A stretch of DNA of 64,000 bases, taken from contig JAXMCW010000005.1 of the NCBI GenBank assembly GCA_046349155.1, positions 55,822 to 119,821 of the forward strand. Reading direction: 5' to 3'. A program made the translations under genes and the position numbers. Numbering within the stretch: position 1 is the first letter of the stretch; each line of letters opens with the position of its first letter. Below the pieces are notes generated by a model. That model did no database searches. It saw only the letters and a program-made list of their open reading frames with translations, and was not told the origin of the DNA. Of the stretch, positions 45,803 through 53,812 are shown one piece after another. Source of the DNA: Alsobacter sp. (GTDB lineage Bacteria > Pseudomonadota > Alphaproteobacteria > Rhizobiales > Beijerinckiaceae).

Positions 45803-46537
45803 ATGGTGCAGCAGGCCGTGCTCGGCCCGGTCCGCAAGCGCAAGCTCTCGGACCAGATCGTCGAACGCCTCGAGGCGGCCATTCGCACGGGCGCCTACAA
45901 GCCCGGCGCTTCGCTGCCGCCGGAGCGCGAACTGATGGCGCTTTTCGGCGTCGGCCGCCCCTCGGTGCGCGAGGCGCTTTTCGCACTGCAGAAGATGGGC
46001 TTCGTCCAGCTGAACGCGGGGGAGAGGCCGCGTGTGGTGCGGCCTTCGCCCCGGCACCTCCTCAGCGAACTGGGCGCGGCTGCGCGAAGGCTCCTCGACG
46101 AGCCGCGCGGGCTGGACCATTTCGAACAGGCGCGCCTGGCGCTGGAGATCTTCCTCGTCACCCATGCCTGCCACTACGCGACGGACGAGGATCTGGCGCG
46201 GCTGAGGGCGGCGGTCGATGCCAACGAGAGGGCTATCGGCGCGGGGCCCGAATTCGTCGCCACGGACGTGGCTTTCCACCGCGTGCTGGCCGAGATGCCG
46301 GGCAACCCGATCTTCGTCGCCATGCACGACGCCGTGGTCGAATGGATCATCGACGAACGGCCCATTCTGCCGAACATCGAGGCCAATAATCGCAAGAGCC
46401 ACGCAGGCCATGTCGCCATCCTCGAGGCCGTCGCGCGCAAGGACATGGTGGCCGCGGTAGCCGCGATGACGAAACATCTCGACGATGCAAGGGCCCGCTA
46501 CGCGCCGGCCGACCTGTCCCGGAAGACCGACCCATGA
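45803..46537 (+). CDS. GntR/FadR-family transcriptional regulator
   Basis: Start at MVQQAV... after GGAGGGGAGGG. N-terminal wHTH LPPERELMALFGVGRPSVREALFALQKMGFV, with a FadR-type C-terminal domain. Confidence 0.85.
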   Translation: MVQQAVLGPVRKRKLSDQIVERLEAAIRTGAYKPGASLPPERELMALFGVGRPSVREALFALQKMGFVQLNAGERPRVVRPSPRHLLSELGAAARRLLDEPRGLDHFEQARLALEIFLVTHACHYATDEDLARLRAAVDANERAIGAGPEFVATDVAFHRVLAEMPGNPIFVAMHDAVVEWIIDERPILPNIEANNRKSHAGHVAILEAVARKDMVAAVAAMTKHLDDARARYAPADLSRKTDP

Positions 46538-47439
46538 TCGACGCTCGCTCCGCGCCGCCGCGTCTCGGCGGCATCTGGTCCGCTCTCGTCACGCCCTACC
46601 GGCCCGACGGAGCTGTCCACCTCGACCTGCTTCCGGCCCTGGTCGAGCGGCAACTCGCGCAGGGCGTGCACGGCTTCTACGTGGGCGGCAGCACAGGCGA
46701 GGCCTTCCTGCAGAGCGTGGACGAGCGGGTGTCGGTCCTGCGGGCGGTGGCCGCGGCCGTGGGCGGCCGGGCGCCCCTCGTCGCCCATGTCGGGGCGATC
46801 GCGACGCAGGACAGCCTGCGCATGGGTGAGGCCGCCGCCGAAGCGGGCTACCGGGCCGTGTCGGCCATCCCGCCCTTCTACTATGACTTTTCGCGCGATG
46901 AGCTGATGGCGCATTACCGGCGTCTCGTGGAAGACGTCCCGCTCCCGCTCATCGTCTACAACTTCGGAGGGCGGGTAGGCCGGCTGACGGGCGAGGACCT
47001 GATGGGCCTGCTCGATGAGCCGCGTGTCATCGGGGTCAAGCATACCTCGCAGGATCTCTACCTGCTGGAGCGCTTCAAGCGGCATCGGCCCGATGCGATC
47101 ATCTTCAACGGGTATGACGAGATGTGCCTGGCCGGGCTCGCCATGGGCGCGGACGGCGCGATCGGCACAACCTACAACGTGATGGGCGACCTTTTCGTCG
47201 CCCTCGAGGCGGCCTTCAGGGCGGGGGACCTCGCGCGGGCACGCAGCCTGCAGGTGCGCGCCAACCGCATGATCGATGTCCTCGTCGCCGTCGGCGTCTT
47301 CCCCGGCACCAAGGGCTTGCTCAAGCTGATGGGCCTCGACTGCGGCGAGTGCCGCGCTCCCTTCCGGCCGCTGACGCCCGAGGCCATGCGTCGCCTGGAG
47401 CGTGCGCTCGAAGACCTGCGCCAGGACGGACCGCCCTAG
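46534..47439 (+). CDS. DapA/NanA-family (dihydrodipicolinate synthase / N-acetylneuraminate lyase-like) lyase
   Basis: GGSTGEAFLQS and VIGVKHTSQD (Schiff-base Lys context). 301 aa. ATGA overlap with the regulator gene. Confidence 0.85.
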   Translation: MIDARSAPPRLGGIWSALVTPYRPDGAVHLDLLPALVERQLAQGVHGFYVGGSTGEAFLQSVDERVSVLRAVAAAVGGRAPLVAHVGAIATQDSLRMGEAAAEAGYRAVSAIPPFYYDFSRDELMAHYRRLVEDVPLPLIVYNFGGRVGRLTGEDLMGLLDEPRVIGVKHTSQDLYLLERFKRHRPDAIIFNGYDEMCLAGLAMGADGAIGTTYNVMGDLFVALEAAFRAGDLARARSLQVRANRMIDVLVAVGVFPGTKGLLKLMGLDCGECRAPFRPLTPEAMRRLERALEDLRQDGPP

Positions 47440-48575
47440 CGGGCCGGGCCCCGGGCCGCCGCGTCGACGCCAGCCAGCCCCTTGAAGGCCTGTAGCGTGA
47501 CCTCTGCGGCGCGGGTGAAGACCTTCTCCTTCCAGTCGTCGCTGTCGACCGTCAGCGCGTCCCGGATCTTGTCCTTGATCCGCCGGGCCAGGGGGGACGT
47601 CATCGCAAGGCCGGACGGCAGGCCCCACGAATAGAGCCAGTTGTCTCCGCGCAGCGCGTCGAACACCTCGAGAAGCTCGACGGTTCCGAACTCCAGGCCG
47701 ATGGCCGTCGCCTCCGCTGCCGCGGTGTCCTCCACGAAGCCGATCAGCGAGCCCGTCACCGGAGTGGAGCGCGATTCCTCGCCGGCGTGCCCCACGACCG
47801 ACTTCACCGTCTCGCCCCACCAGGCCTTCGCCCGCGCGAACCCGGTAGAGCCCGGATCGCGAACCGAGATGAGTTCTCCCTCGCCCGGAGGTCCCAGCCC
47901 GGTATGGATGTCGATGAGGGCGAGGCGCCTCGCAGTCCCAGCGTGATCGCGCATGACGGCCCGGACCGTCTCGTTCGACCAGGTCGGCTTGCGGCCGCCG
48001 AAGAAGACGCCGTCGGGATAGGCGTATTGGCCACCGGCGATGGCGGCCTGCAGCGCCCGGATGCCCCCGTGGTCGACGGTCCAGCGCTGCAGCACCGCAT
48101 CGCAGCGCGCCCGCTCGGGGCCGTCCCAGTCCGCGGGCACCACGACGTCGTGAATCTCCCGGTAGGCGGCGTTGTCGGGAAGCGGCCGGGAAAAATCCTG
48201 GAAATTGCGGTTCAGGTCGACATTGTCCTCCGTTACGCGCCGCACATGGGAGAAGCCATAGGGATTGACGGCGTGGACGAGGAGGACGGCCGTGTCGGTC
48301 GCGCGCTGCGCGAGGAGGCCCTCCGCGAGAAAGCCCGCCTGGCAGGCGGAGCCGCAGAAGCCCTCGTTGCCGTGCGTGCCCGAGCAGATGACGAGAAGCG
48401 CCTCGGCGTCGACAGCCCCGAAGCGGGCCACGTCCATGGCGAGATCCTCGCCCTCCGCGCCGAGCGCATGGGGATTGACGTGGGTCTCCACCGTTCCGCC
48501 CGCCGCGTCGACGCAAGCGAGGAACCTCGCCCGGGCCTGCGCGTAGGTGGACGAGAAATGACGCGCATGTCCCAT
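47436..48575 (-). CDS. DUF2817-like M14-fold zinc peptidase/deacylase homolog
   Basis: SGTHGNEGF (HxxE), NPYGF, DLNRNF, IDIHTGLG. 379 aa with no signal peptide. Confidence 0.7.
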   Translation of the reverse strand: MGHARHFSSTYAQARARFLACVDAAGGTVETHVNPHALGAEGEDLAMDVARFGAVDAEALLVICSGTHGNEGFCGSACQAGFLAEGLLAQRATDTAVLLVHAVNPYGFSHVRRVTEDNVDLNRNFQDFSRPLPDNAAYREIHDVVVPADWDGPERARCDAVLQRWTVDHGGIRALQAAIAGGQYAYPDGVFFGGRKPTWSNETVRAVMRDHAGTARRLALIDIHTGLGPPGEGELISVRDPGSTGFARAKAWWGETVKSVVGHAGEESRSTPVTGSLIGFVEDTAAAEATAIGLEFGTVELLEVFDALRGDNWLYSWGLPSGLAMTSPLARRIKDKIRDALTVDSDDWKEKVFTRAAEVTLQAFKGLAGVDAAARGPAR

Positions 48576-48846
48576 CGCGGACCTCCCTGGCTCGCAGTCC
48601 CCTGGGCAAGTCTAGCACAGGCCGCTTCGGCGCGGGGCGCCCGAGAGTTCGGGCGCCTCGCGAACAATTGCAACTTTGAGTGGAATTTTTTGCCGAGTGC
48701 TAAGTAAAAATCGCCCAGGCGAGCGGGGCAGGCTCGCTCAATTTCGACGTCAAGCTGCTGAAAACGTGCCGGTTTCCATCTGGCACCTGCCTTGCTGCGC
48801 GCCGCGTTGACAAAATCAGTTGTGATGCATGCGTGTGGAGTTTTGC

Positions 48847-50481
48847 ATGACCGGCAACTTGAACTGGCTATCCCTTTTCTCGGGCGCGTCGCAGGGGGCT
48901 GCGTCCTCCAACAAGCTTCTCGTCAACGTCGATGCGGGATTTTCCCGCGGATCGGGCGTGTCGACCCTCGCGGATGCAGGGGAGGCCTTCGCCCATGCCC
49001 TGTGGCACGCCTCGCAGGCCTTCACCGAGGCCCTTGGCAGCGGACAGGCAGGCAAGGCCCAGGGTTCGGGCAAGTCAGTCCAGGCCTTCGAGGAGGTGTG
49101 GCTGCACCTGAGCTTCCTCGTCCAGGACGATGGGAAGGTCGTCGAGGGCAACTCCTCCGACGCCTCGACCTCCTCCTCGACCTCGTCTTCGACCCCGGAT
49201 ACGTCGGGGGACGATGGCGCAGCCTCGACCGGCGCGACCGGGCCCGGAGCCTCGGGCTCCTCGGATGCGGCGCCCGGTTCGACCGGCTCCGCCTCGAGCA
49301 CGACGACCGCCAGCGCGAGCGAGGTCGCCATGGAGCAAGCCGCCCAGGCGTCCTCGTCCTCCGCAGCCGGCACTGCGGATTCCGGCGGGACGAACGCGAC
49401 GACCGCGGGCGTCCCGGCCTCCTCGTCGACGGCCACGACCGACGGGACGACCGCGACAAGCGGCGCGACGGCCCCGGCCACGTCGTCGCAGGAGAGCGCC
49501 ACGGGTTCGTCGTCTTCGGCGCAACCAGTGGCGTCGATCAGCGGTTCGGGCGGAAGCTCCAAGGCGAACTTCTTGATGGGCATCAACATCGCCGGCGGGG
49601 AGTTCGGCCAGGTCGGCGGTGCCTATGGCTCGAACTACATCTATCCCTCGCACGCCGAGATTGATTACTACGCGAGCAAAGGGCTCGACGTGATCCGGGT
49701 GCCCTTCAAGTGGGAGAGGCTGCAGACCAGCCTCAACGGCCCGCTGGACGCGGCGGAACTCGCGCGCATCGACGACGTCGTCCAATACGCGTCGTCCAAG
49801 GGCCTCAAGGTCGTGCTCGACGCCCACAATTACGGGGCTGGCTTCGGGTCCCTGATCGGCTCGGGCGCAACCTCCAATGCCGCCTTCGCCGATTTCTGGG
49901 GCAAGGTGGCCTCGCACTACAAGAGCAACGACAACGTCATCCTCGGCCTGATGAACGAGCCGAACCAGCAGAGCGCGTCGACCTGGCTGGATTCAGCGAA
50001 CGCGGCCATCGCGGCGATCCGCGACACGGGCGCCAAGAACGAGATCCTGGTGCCCGGCTCCTACTGGGACGGCGCCTGGACATGGACCAGCAGCGACAAT
50101 GCGAAGGTAATCGGCGGCGGCATTAAGGATCCCGCCAACAACTTCGCCTTTGAGGTCCACCAGTACATGGATTCCGACGGGTCGGGCACGCATGCCGACG
50201 TGGTGTCCGCCACGGCCGGCGTCGATCGGCTGAAGTCCATCACCGAATGGGCGAAGGCGACAGGCAACCGGCTCTTCCTCGGCGAATTCGGCGTTGCCAG
50301 TGACAGCACCAGCATGCAGGCGCTCGACGGCATGCTCGCCTACATGAAGCAGAACTCCGACGTGTGGCAGGGTGGCACCTACTGGGCCGGTGGCGCCTGG
50401 TGGGGAGACTACATGTACTCGGCCGAGCCCCAGGGCTCGACGGACAAGGCCCAGCTCCTCGCCCTGCAGAAATACGCGTGA
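48847..50481 (+). CDS. Glycoside hydrolase family 5 (cellulase-like) protein with N-terminal unknown domain and ~170-aa Ser/Thr/Ala/Gly-rich linker
   Basis: GINIAGGEFG, VIRVPFKWERLQ, LMNEPN (acid/base Glu), LFLGEFG (nucleophile Glu). ATG 48847 is preferred (GGAG 6 nt upstream) over 48829. Confidence 0.85.
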   Translation: MTGNLNWLSLFSGASQGAASSNKLLVNVDAGFSRGSGVSTLADAGEAFAHALWHASQAFTEALGSGQAGKAQGSGKSVQAFEEVWLHLSFLVQDDGKVVEGNSSDASTSSSTSSSTPDTSGDDGAASTGATGPGASGSSDAAPGSTGSASSTTTASASEVAMEQAAQASSSSAAGTADSGGTNATTAGVPASSSTATTDGTTATSGATAPATSSQESATGSSSSAQPVASISGSGGSSKANFLMGINIAGGEFGQVGGAYGSNYIYPSHAEIDYYASKGLDVIRVPFKWERLQTSLNGPLDAAELARIDDVVQYASSKGLKVVLDAHNYGAGFGSLIGSGATSNAAFADFWGKVASHYKSNDNVILGLMNEPNQQSASTWLDSANAAIAAIRDTGAKNEILVPGSYWDGAWTWTSSDNAKVIGGGIKDPANNFAFEVHQYMDSDGSGTHADVVSATAGVDRLKSITEWAKATGNRLFLGEFGVASDSTSMQALDGMLAYMKQNSDVWQGGTYWAGGAWWGDYMYSAEPQGSTDKAQLLALQKYA

Positions 50482-50621
50482 ACGCCGGCTGGCCGGGGCC
50501 CTTCCCCGGCCGCGCCCCGCCTTTCCGGCGGATGAGTCAAATTTGAGGCAATTGTCCCGCCCTTCCTCAAGGCCTGCCCTCGCATGCTCCCGGCCGTGGA
50601 GTTCGCAGCGGGGCGACGTGA

Positions 50622-51218
50622 ATGTCGAAGGTCTTCTGGGTTGCCATGTGCGTTTGGATGGGATCGGTGGTCGCGTCGGGCGAGAGCCAGGCGGCCTCGT
50701 CGGGAGCCCTCCCGGCCTCGACCCCCATCGCCTTCGGCCAGCGTGTCGCCATCCCGATCGGCTATTACGACTTGTGCATGCGCCAGCCTTCCGTGTGCCG
50801 GCCGCGGGCAGGACGGGTCGCGAGCACGGCGGACGGCGCGGTGAAGGCTGGTCCTGACGTCTTCGACCGGCTGCAGGCCGTGACCGTCCAGGTCAATCGC
50901 TCGATCCGCCCGATCAGCGACCCCTTCACGCCGGGCCTGCGGGAGTGGCGCATCAACACGACCGCCGGCAACTGCAAGGACTATGCGCTCACGAAGCGCC
51001 AGCAATTGCTTGCCATGGGTTTCCCCTCCAGCGCGGCGCTCATGGCCATCGCGAGGCTTCCGAGCGGCGAGCAACACGCCATCCTCATCGTCCGTACCGA
51101 CCGCGGCGACTTCGTGCTGGACAATCTCAACGACGCGGTGACGCCATGGGCGCGTGTGTCCTATCGGTGGGAGAAAATCCAGTCGCCCTACGAGACATGG
51201 ACCTGGCACTCACTCTAG
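50622..51218 (+). CDS. Bacterial transglutaminase-like cysteine proteinase (BTLCP, LapG family)
   Basis: Signal peptide MSKVFWVAMCVWMGSVVASG. GNCKDYALTKRQQLL (catalytic Cys), EQHAILIV (His), VLDNL (Asp) pattern. Confidence 0.8.
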   Translation: MSKVFWVAMCVWMGSVVASGESQAASSGALPASTPIAFGQRVAIPIGYYDLCMRQPSVCRPRAGRVASTADGAVKAGPDVFDRLQAVTVQVNRSIRPISDPFTPGLREWRINTTAGNCKDYALTKRQQLLAMGFPSSAALMAIARLPSGEQHAILIVRTDRGDFVLDNLNDAVTPWARVSYRWEKIQSPYETWTWHSL

Positions 51219-51261
51219 GGGCAGCGCCAGGCGCGGACTTTCCGTACGTTCAGACATGATT

Positions 51262-51293
51262 GAGCCGCGCTGGCGTTCTCGCCAGCGCGGCTC
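51262..51293. terminator. Strong hairpin between convergent genes (bidirectional terminator candidate)
   Basis: GAGCCGCGCTGGCG-TTCT-CGCCAGCGCGGCTC, a perfect 14-bp stem, followed by TTGTCGT on the + strand. Lies between the BTLCP stop (51218) and the Gly-rich gene stop (51335). Confidence 0.6.
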
Positions 51294-51334
51294 TTGTCGT
51301 CCTCAGGTCAGGCTGCGTTTTGAAACCGCGGGGG

Positions 51335-52804
51335 TCAGCAGTCCTTGCCGCCGCCGTGGCCCCCGCCGCCGTGGCCACCGCCGCCGCCGTGGCCACCGCC
51401 GCCGCCATGGCCACCGCCACCGCCGTGACCACCACCGCCACCGCCGCCGCCGGAACCACCGCCGCCGCCGCCGGAACCACCGCCGCCGCCGCCGCCGGAA
51501 CCGCCGCCACCGCTGCCACCGCCACCGGTGCCACCGCTGCCGGTGCCACCGCTGCCGCTACCGCCGGCGCCTCCACCGGTGCCTTCATCCGGAGACGTGC
51601 CAGCCGGGGAGGGAGCCCCTCCACCCGGGAAGTTCGCCGAGCCGCCTTCACTGCCGCGGTCGCCGGTTCCGCCGGAGGAATCCCCAACCGCCGTCGGATC
51701 GTCGTCCACCACGGCGACCTCGTCGGCGCCGCAGCCGTTCAGTCCCACCTGCAGCCGGTTGATCCGCGCCAGCCGACGATCGGTGACGGGAAGGCAGCTC
51801 ACGGAGCCGCGTCCACCGCCGCTGCCGCCCGCGCCACCCGTCGCAGTCGGGTTGTCGGGAGACACGCGGACGAAGCCGGTCGGACAAGCGCCGCCAGTGA
51901 GCGGGAAGCCGCTGCCCAGGCCCGCGCGCACCGGCAGGCAGAAGTCGAGTTCGGCGAGGGCGAGCGTCCGCGAGGCATTGGCGGTCGCGGGCGCATCATT
52001 GCCTGCGCCGCCGCGGGAGGTTTGGCCCGATCCTCCGACGGAAAGCGGATTGTCGTTTTCCACGGGCACGCTGCCGGGCGCGCAAAGTCCTGACTGGCTC
52101 AGGCCGAGCGACGCTGCACGCTGGGGCGAGGTGATCCGACGGCAAACGATCTCTCCGCCGCGCGTCACGCTGGCGAAGCTCAGACCGACGGAAGCGGGAT
52201 CGTCAGCCGCCACGCGAAGGTAGCCCGTGGGGCAGCGCTCACCGAGAAGCCGGAACCCGGGTCCCATCTCCCGGCGCGTGGGGAGGCAGAGGTCGCCGGG
52301 CTGGAAGCGCAGGGCCGGGTTCCCTCCCGCATAGGCCAGCGCGGACGGGGCGAGGCCGCCGACGGGAACCGTCGAGCCGAGCGTATAGCCCGTGGGACAG
52401 GGCTGGCCGGTATTGCCTGCGGCCAGGATCGAGAGCGCGCCGTTGCGGCCCGGCCTCAGGGACACGCAGAACTGCCCGCTGCCGGGTTCGGCCCGGGCAG
52501 AGGAAAAGCCGCCGCGCATCAGGGACGCAAAGAAGCCGTCAGGGGCAGGCTGCGACGGTGCGACCGAGGCAGGATTGTCGTCGAGCGCGACAAGGACCGA
52601 ACCGGCGGGACACGTGTCGTTCTTCTGGCGCTTCCACTGCACCCGCGCGCCGGGATCTTCCACCCGCAAGCAAGTCAGGTTCGGCTCGTTGCCGGACGGC
52701 GCGCCGCTCTGGGGAGCGGCGTGCGCGAGCAGGCTCGATCCCAGGAGTGCAGCGGCCGCCAACATCATCCGACCGGGCAGTTTCGTTCCCATCGCCATCA
52801 CCAC
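51335..52804 (-). CDS. Secreted Cys-pair repeat protein with poly-Gly / (G4-5H)5 C-terminal tail
   Basis: Signal peptide ...MMLAAAALLGSSLLAHA. Six repeats of about 45-55 aa of form C-x(15-25)-C(P/A/G)xG-x(3-4)-V-x(2-3)-D(D/N)P-x(2)-(V/T)(G/A). The last ~95 aa are almost pure Gly with GGGGGH x5, ending KDC. Confidence 0.75.
   Translation of the reverse strand: MVMAMGTKLPGRMMLAAAALLGSSLLAHAAPQSGAPSGNEPNLTCLRVEDPGARVQWKRQKNDTCPAGSVLVALDDNPASVAPSQPAPDGFFASLMRGGFSSARAEPGSGQFCVSLRPGRNGALSILAAGNTGQPCPTGYTLGSTVPVGGLAPSALAYAGGNPALRFQPGDLCLPTRREMGPGFRLLGERCPTGYLRVAADDPASVGLSFASVTRGGEIVCRRITSPQRAASLGLSQSGLCAPGSVPVENDNPLSVGGSGQTSRGGAGNDAPATANASRTLALAELDFCLPVRAGLGSGFPLTGGACPTGFVRVSPDNPTATGGAGGSGGGRGSVSCLPVTDRRLARINRLQVGLNGCGADEVAVVDDDPTAVGDSSGGTGDRGSEGGSANFPGGGAPSPAGTSPDEGTGGGAGGSGSGGTGSGGTGGGGSGGGGSGGGGGGGSGGGGGGSGGGGGGGGHGGGGGHGGGGGHGGGGGHGGGGHGGGKDC
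51344..51590. repeat. GCC/GCCACC-rich simple-sequence tract (encodes the Gly/His tail on the minus strand)
   Basis: Runs of gccgccgccgtggccacc-type units are visible directly from 51344 onward. The tract is slippage-prone. Confidence 0.8.
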
Positions 52805-53051
52805 CTCATTGATCTGCGCGTGCGCATATCGTTCAGCCCGGCGCGGACGAGCCGCCCCTTGGGCATCAACTCACGAATCAGGTGTTAAAGCTAACGGTCT
52901 GCGCGACTCGCGTCCTGCGTGCATTTTAAGAAGCAGGCATCTCGCGAAACGTGTGTCAAAGGAGTCACGGTTCCACTGTGAAATCGGATCTTATTCAAAG
53001 ATTTCAGATATTTGCTAGGTCGATGGCAAGAGGGGGCCTGTTCCCGGGCTG

Positions 53052-53072
53052 ATCTCGCAAAAGTTGCGAGAT
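53052..53072. promoter_or_regulatory. Perfect 9-bp-arm palindrome ATCTCGCAA-AAG-TTGCGAGAT nested in an outer CCCGGGC/GCCCGGG inverted repeat
   Basis: Read directly from the sequence. The related TCTCGC(A/G) motif recurs at about 52943, 53075 and 53232. Lies in an intergenic region between 52804 and 53255. Confidence 0.3.
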
Positions 53073-53254
53073 TGTCTCGCATTCCGGCCCGGGAGTTAAC
53101 GATTGTGGCGGTGCGGTCCGGCGCGTCTCGGCCGGTCCATCCAGGACGTCCGGCGGGGCGGAACATCGGTCATCGCGGCCTCCCCTGCGCGCGCCCCAGT
53201 GCCGGCAGGCCTGCCGCCGTTCCGCGGTCTCGCGAAGCGAGAGACCCGTGCGAC

Positions 53255-53668
53255 CTAGTCGGGGATCACGGCCGTGACCTCGATCTCGACCAGCCATTCC
53301 GGCCGGGCCAGAGCCGTGACCACGAGGCCGGTCGAGACGTAGTGGACCCCCTTCAGCCACTTGCCCATCTCGACGTAGACCGCCTCGCGATAACGAATGT
53401 CGGTCAGGTAGATGGTGATGCGGCAGATGTGCTCCAGCGCGCTGCCGGCCTCCTCGAGCAGCATCTTCACGTTGGCCATCGCCTTGGCGGCCTGCTTCGC
53501 GGGGTCTCCCACATGCAGGCTCTCGCGCGTGTCCAGGTCTTGCGAGATCTGCCCGCGCAGAAAGACGAGCGCACCGCGCGCCACGACGGCTTGCGAGAGG
53601 TCGTTGTCCAGCTTCTGTTCGGGATAGGTCTGCTTCGTGTTGAACGGGCGGATGCGGAGATGGGCCAT
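53255..53668 (-). CDS. RidA/YjgF/L-PSP family protein
   Basis: 137 aa with the ...FLRGQIS...ITIYLTD...VEIEVTAV pattern typical of RidA-family trimers. Confidence 0.8.
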   Translation of the reverse strand: MAHLRIRPFNTKQTYPEQKLDNDLSQAVVARGALVFLRGQISQDLDTRESLHVGDPAKQAAKAMANVKMLLEEAGSALEHICRITIYLTDIRYREAVYVEMGKWLKGVHYVSTGLVVTALARPEWLVEIEVTAVIPD

Positions 53669-53812
53669 GGTCGATCCTCGGCGCGGGCGCTGCCGTCCCT
53701 CCTTCTCCCGGGTGAGCGCCGAAGTCCAGAGGGGGCAGCCGGTCGGGTGTCGGACTGAGCGACCGCCTGGACGCCAGCGGACGGCGGCCAGGCCGGGGCG
53801 GCTCCGCTCAGC

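Noticed and set aside
42824-48707. Large overlapping ORFs in the TRAP/GntR/DapA/DUF2817 region (42824..44206 -, 43123..44271 +, 44554..46389 +, 45545..46477 -, 46498..48618 -, 47787..48707 +), and the N-terminal extension of dctM to 44496.
   Set aside because: The recognisable DctM/Q/P, GntR, DapA-like and M14-like frames account for all of this DNA. The alternatives are compositionally aberrant (Arg/Gly/Pro/His-rich). The dctM start at 44169 gives an ATGA junction with dctQ.
51260-52223. Plus-strand ORFs (51154..51762, 51260..52093, 51528..52223) opposite the Gly-rich protein gene.
   Set aside because: These are mirror products of the GCC-rich tract (poly-Ala/Arg/Pro). The minus-strand ORF has a signal peptide and an ordered Cys-repeat architecture.
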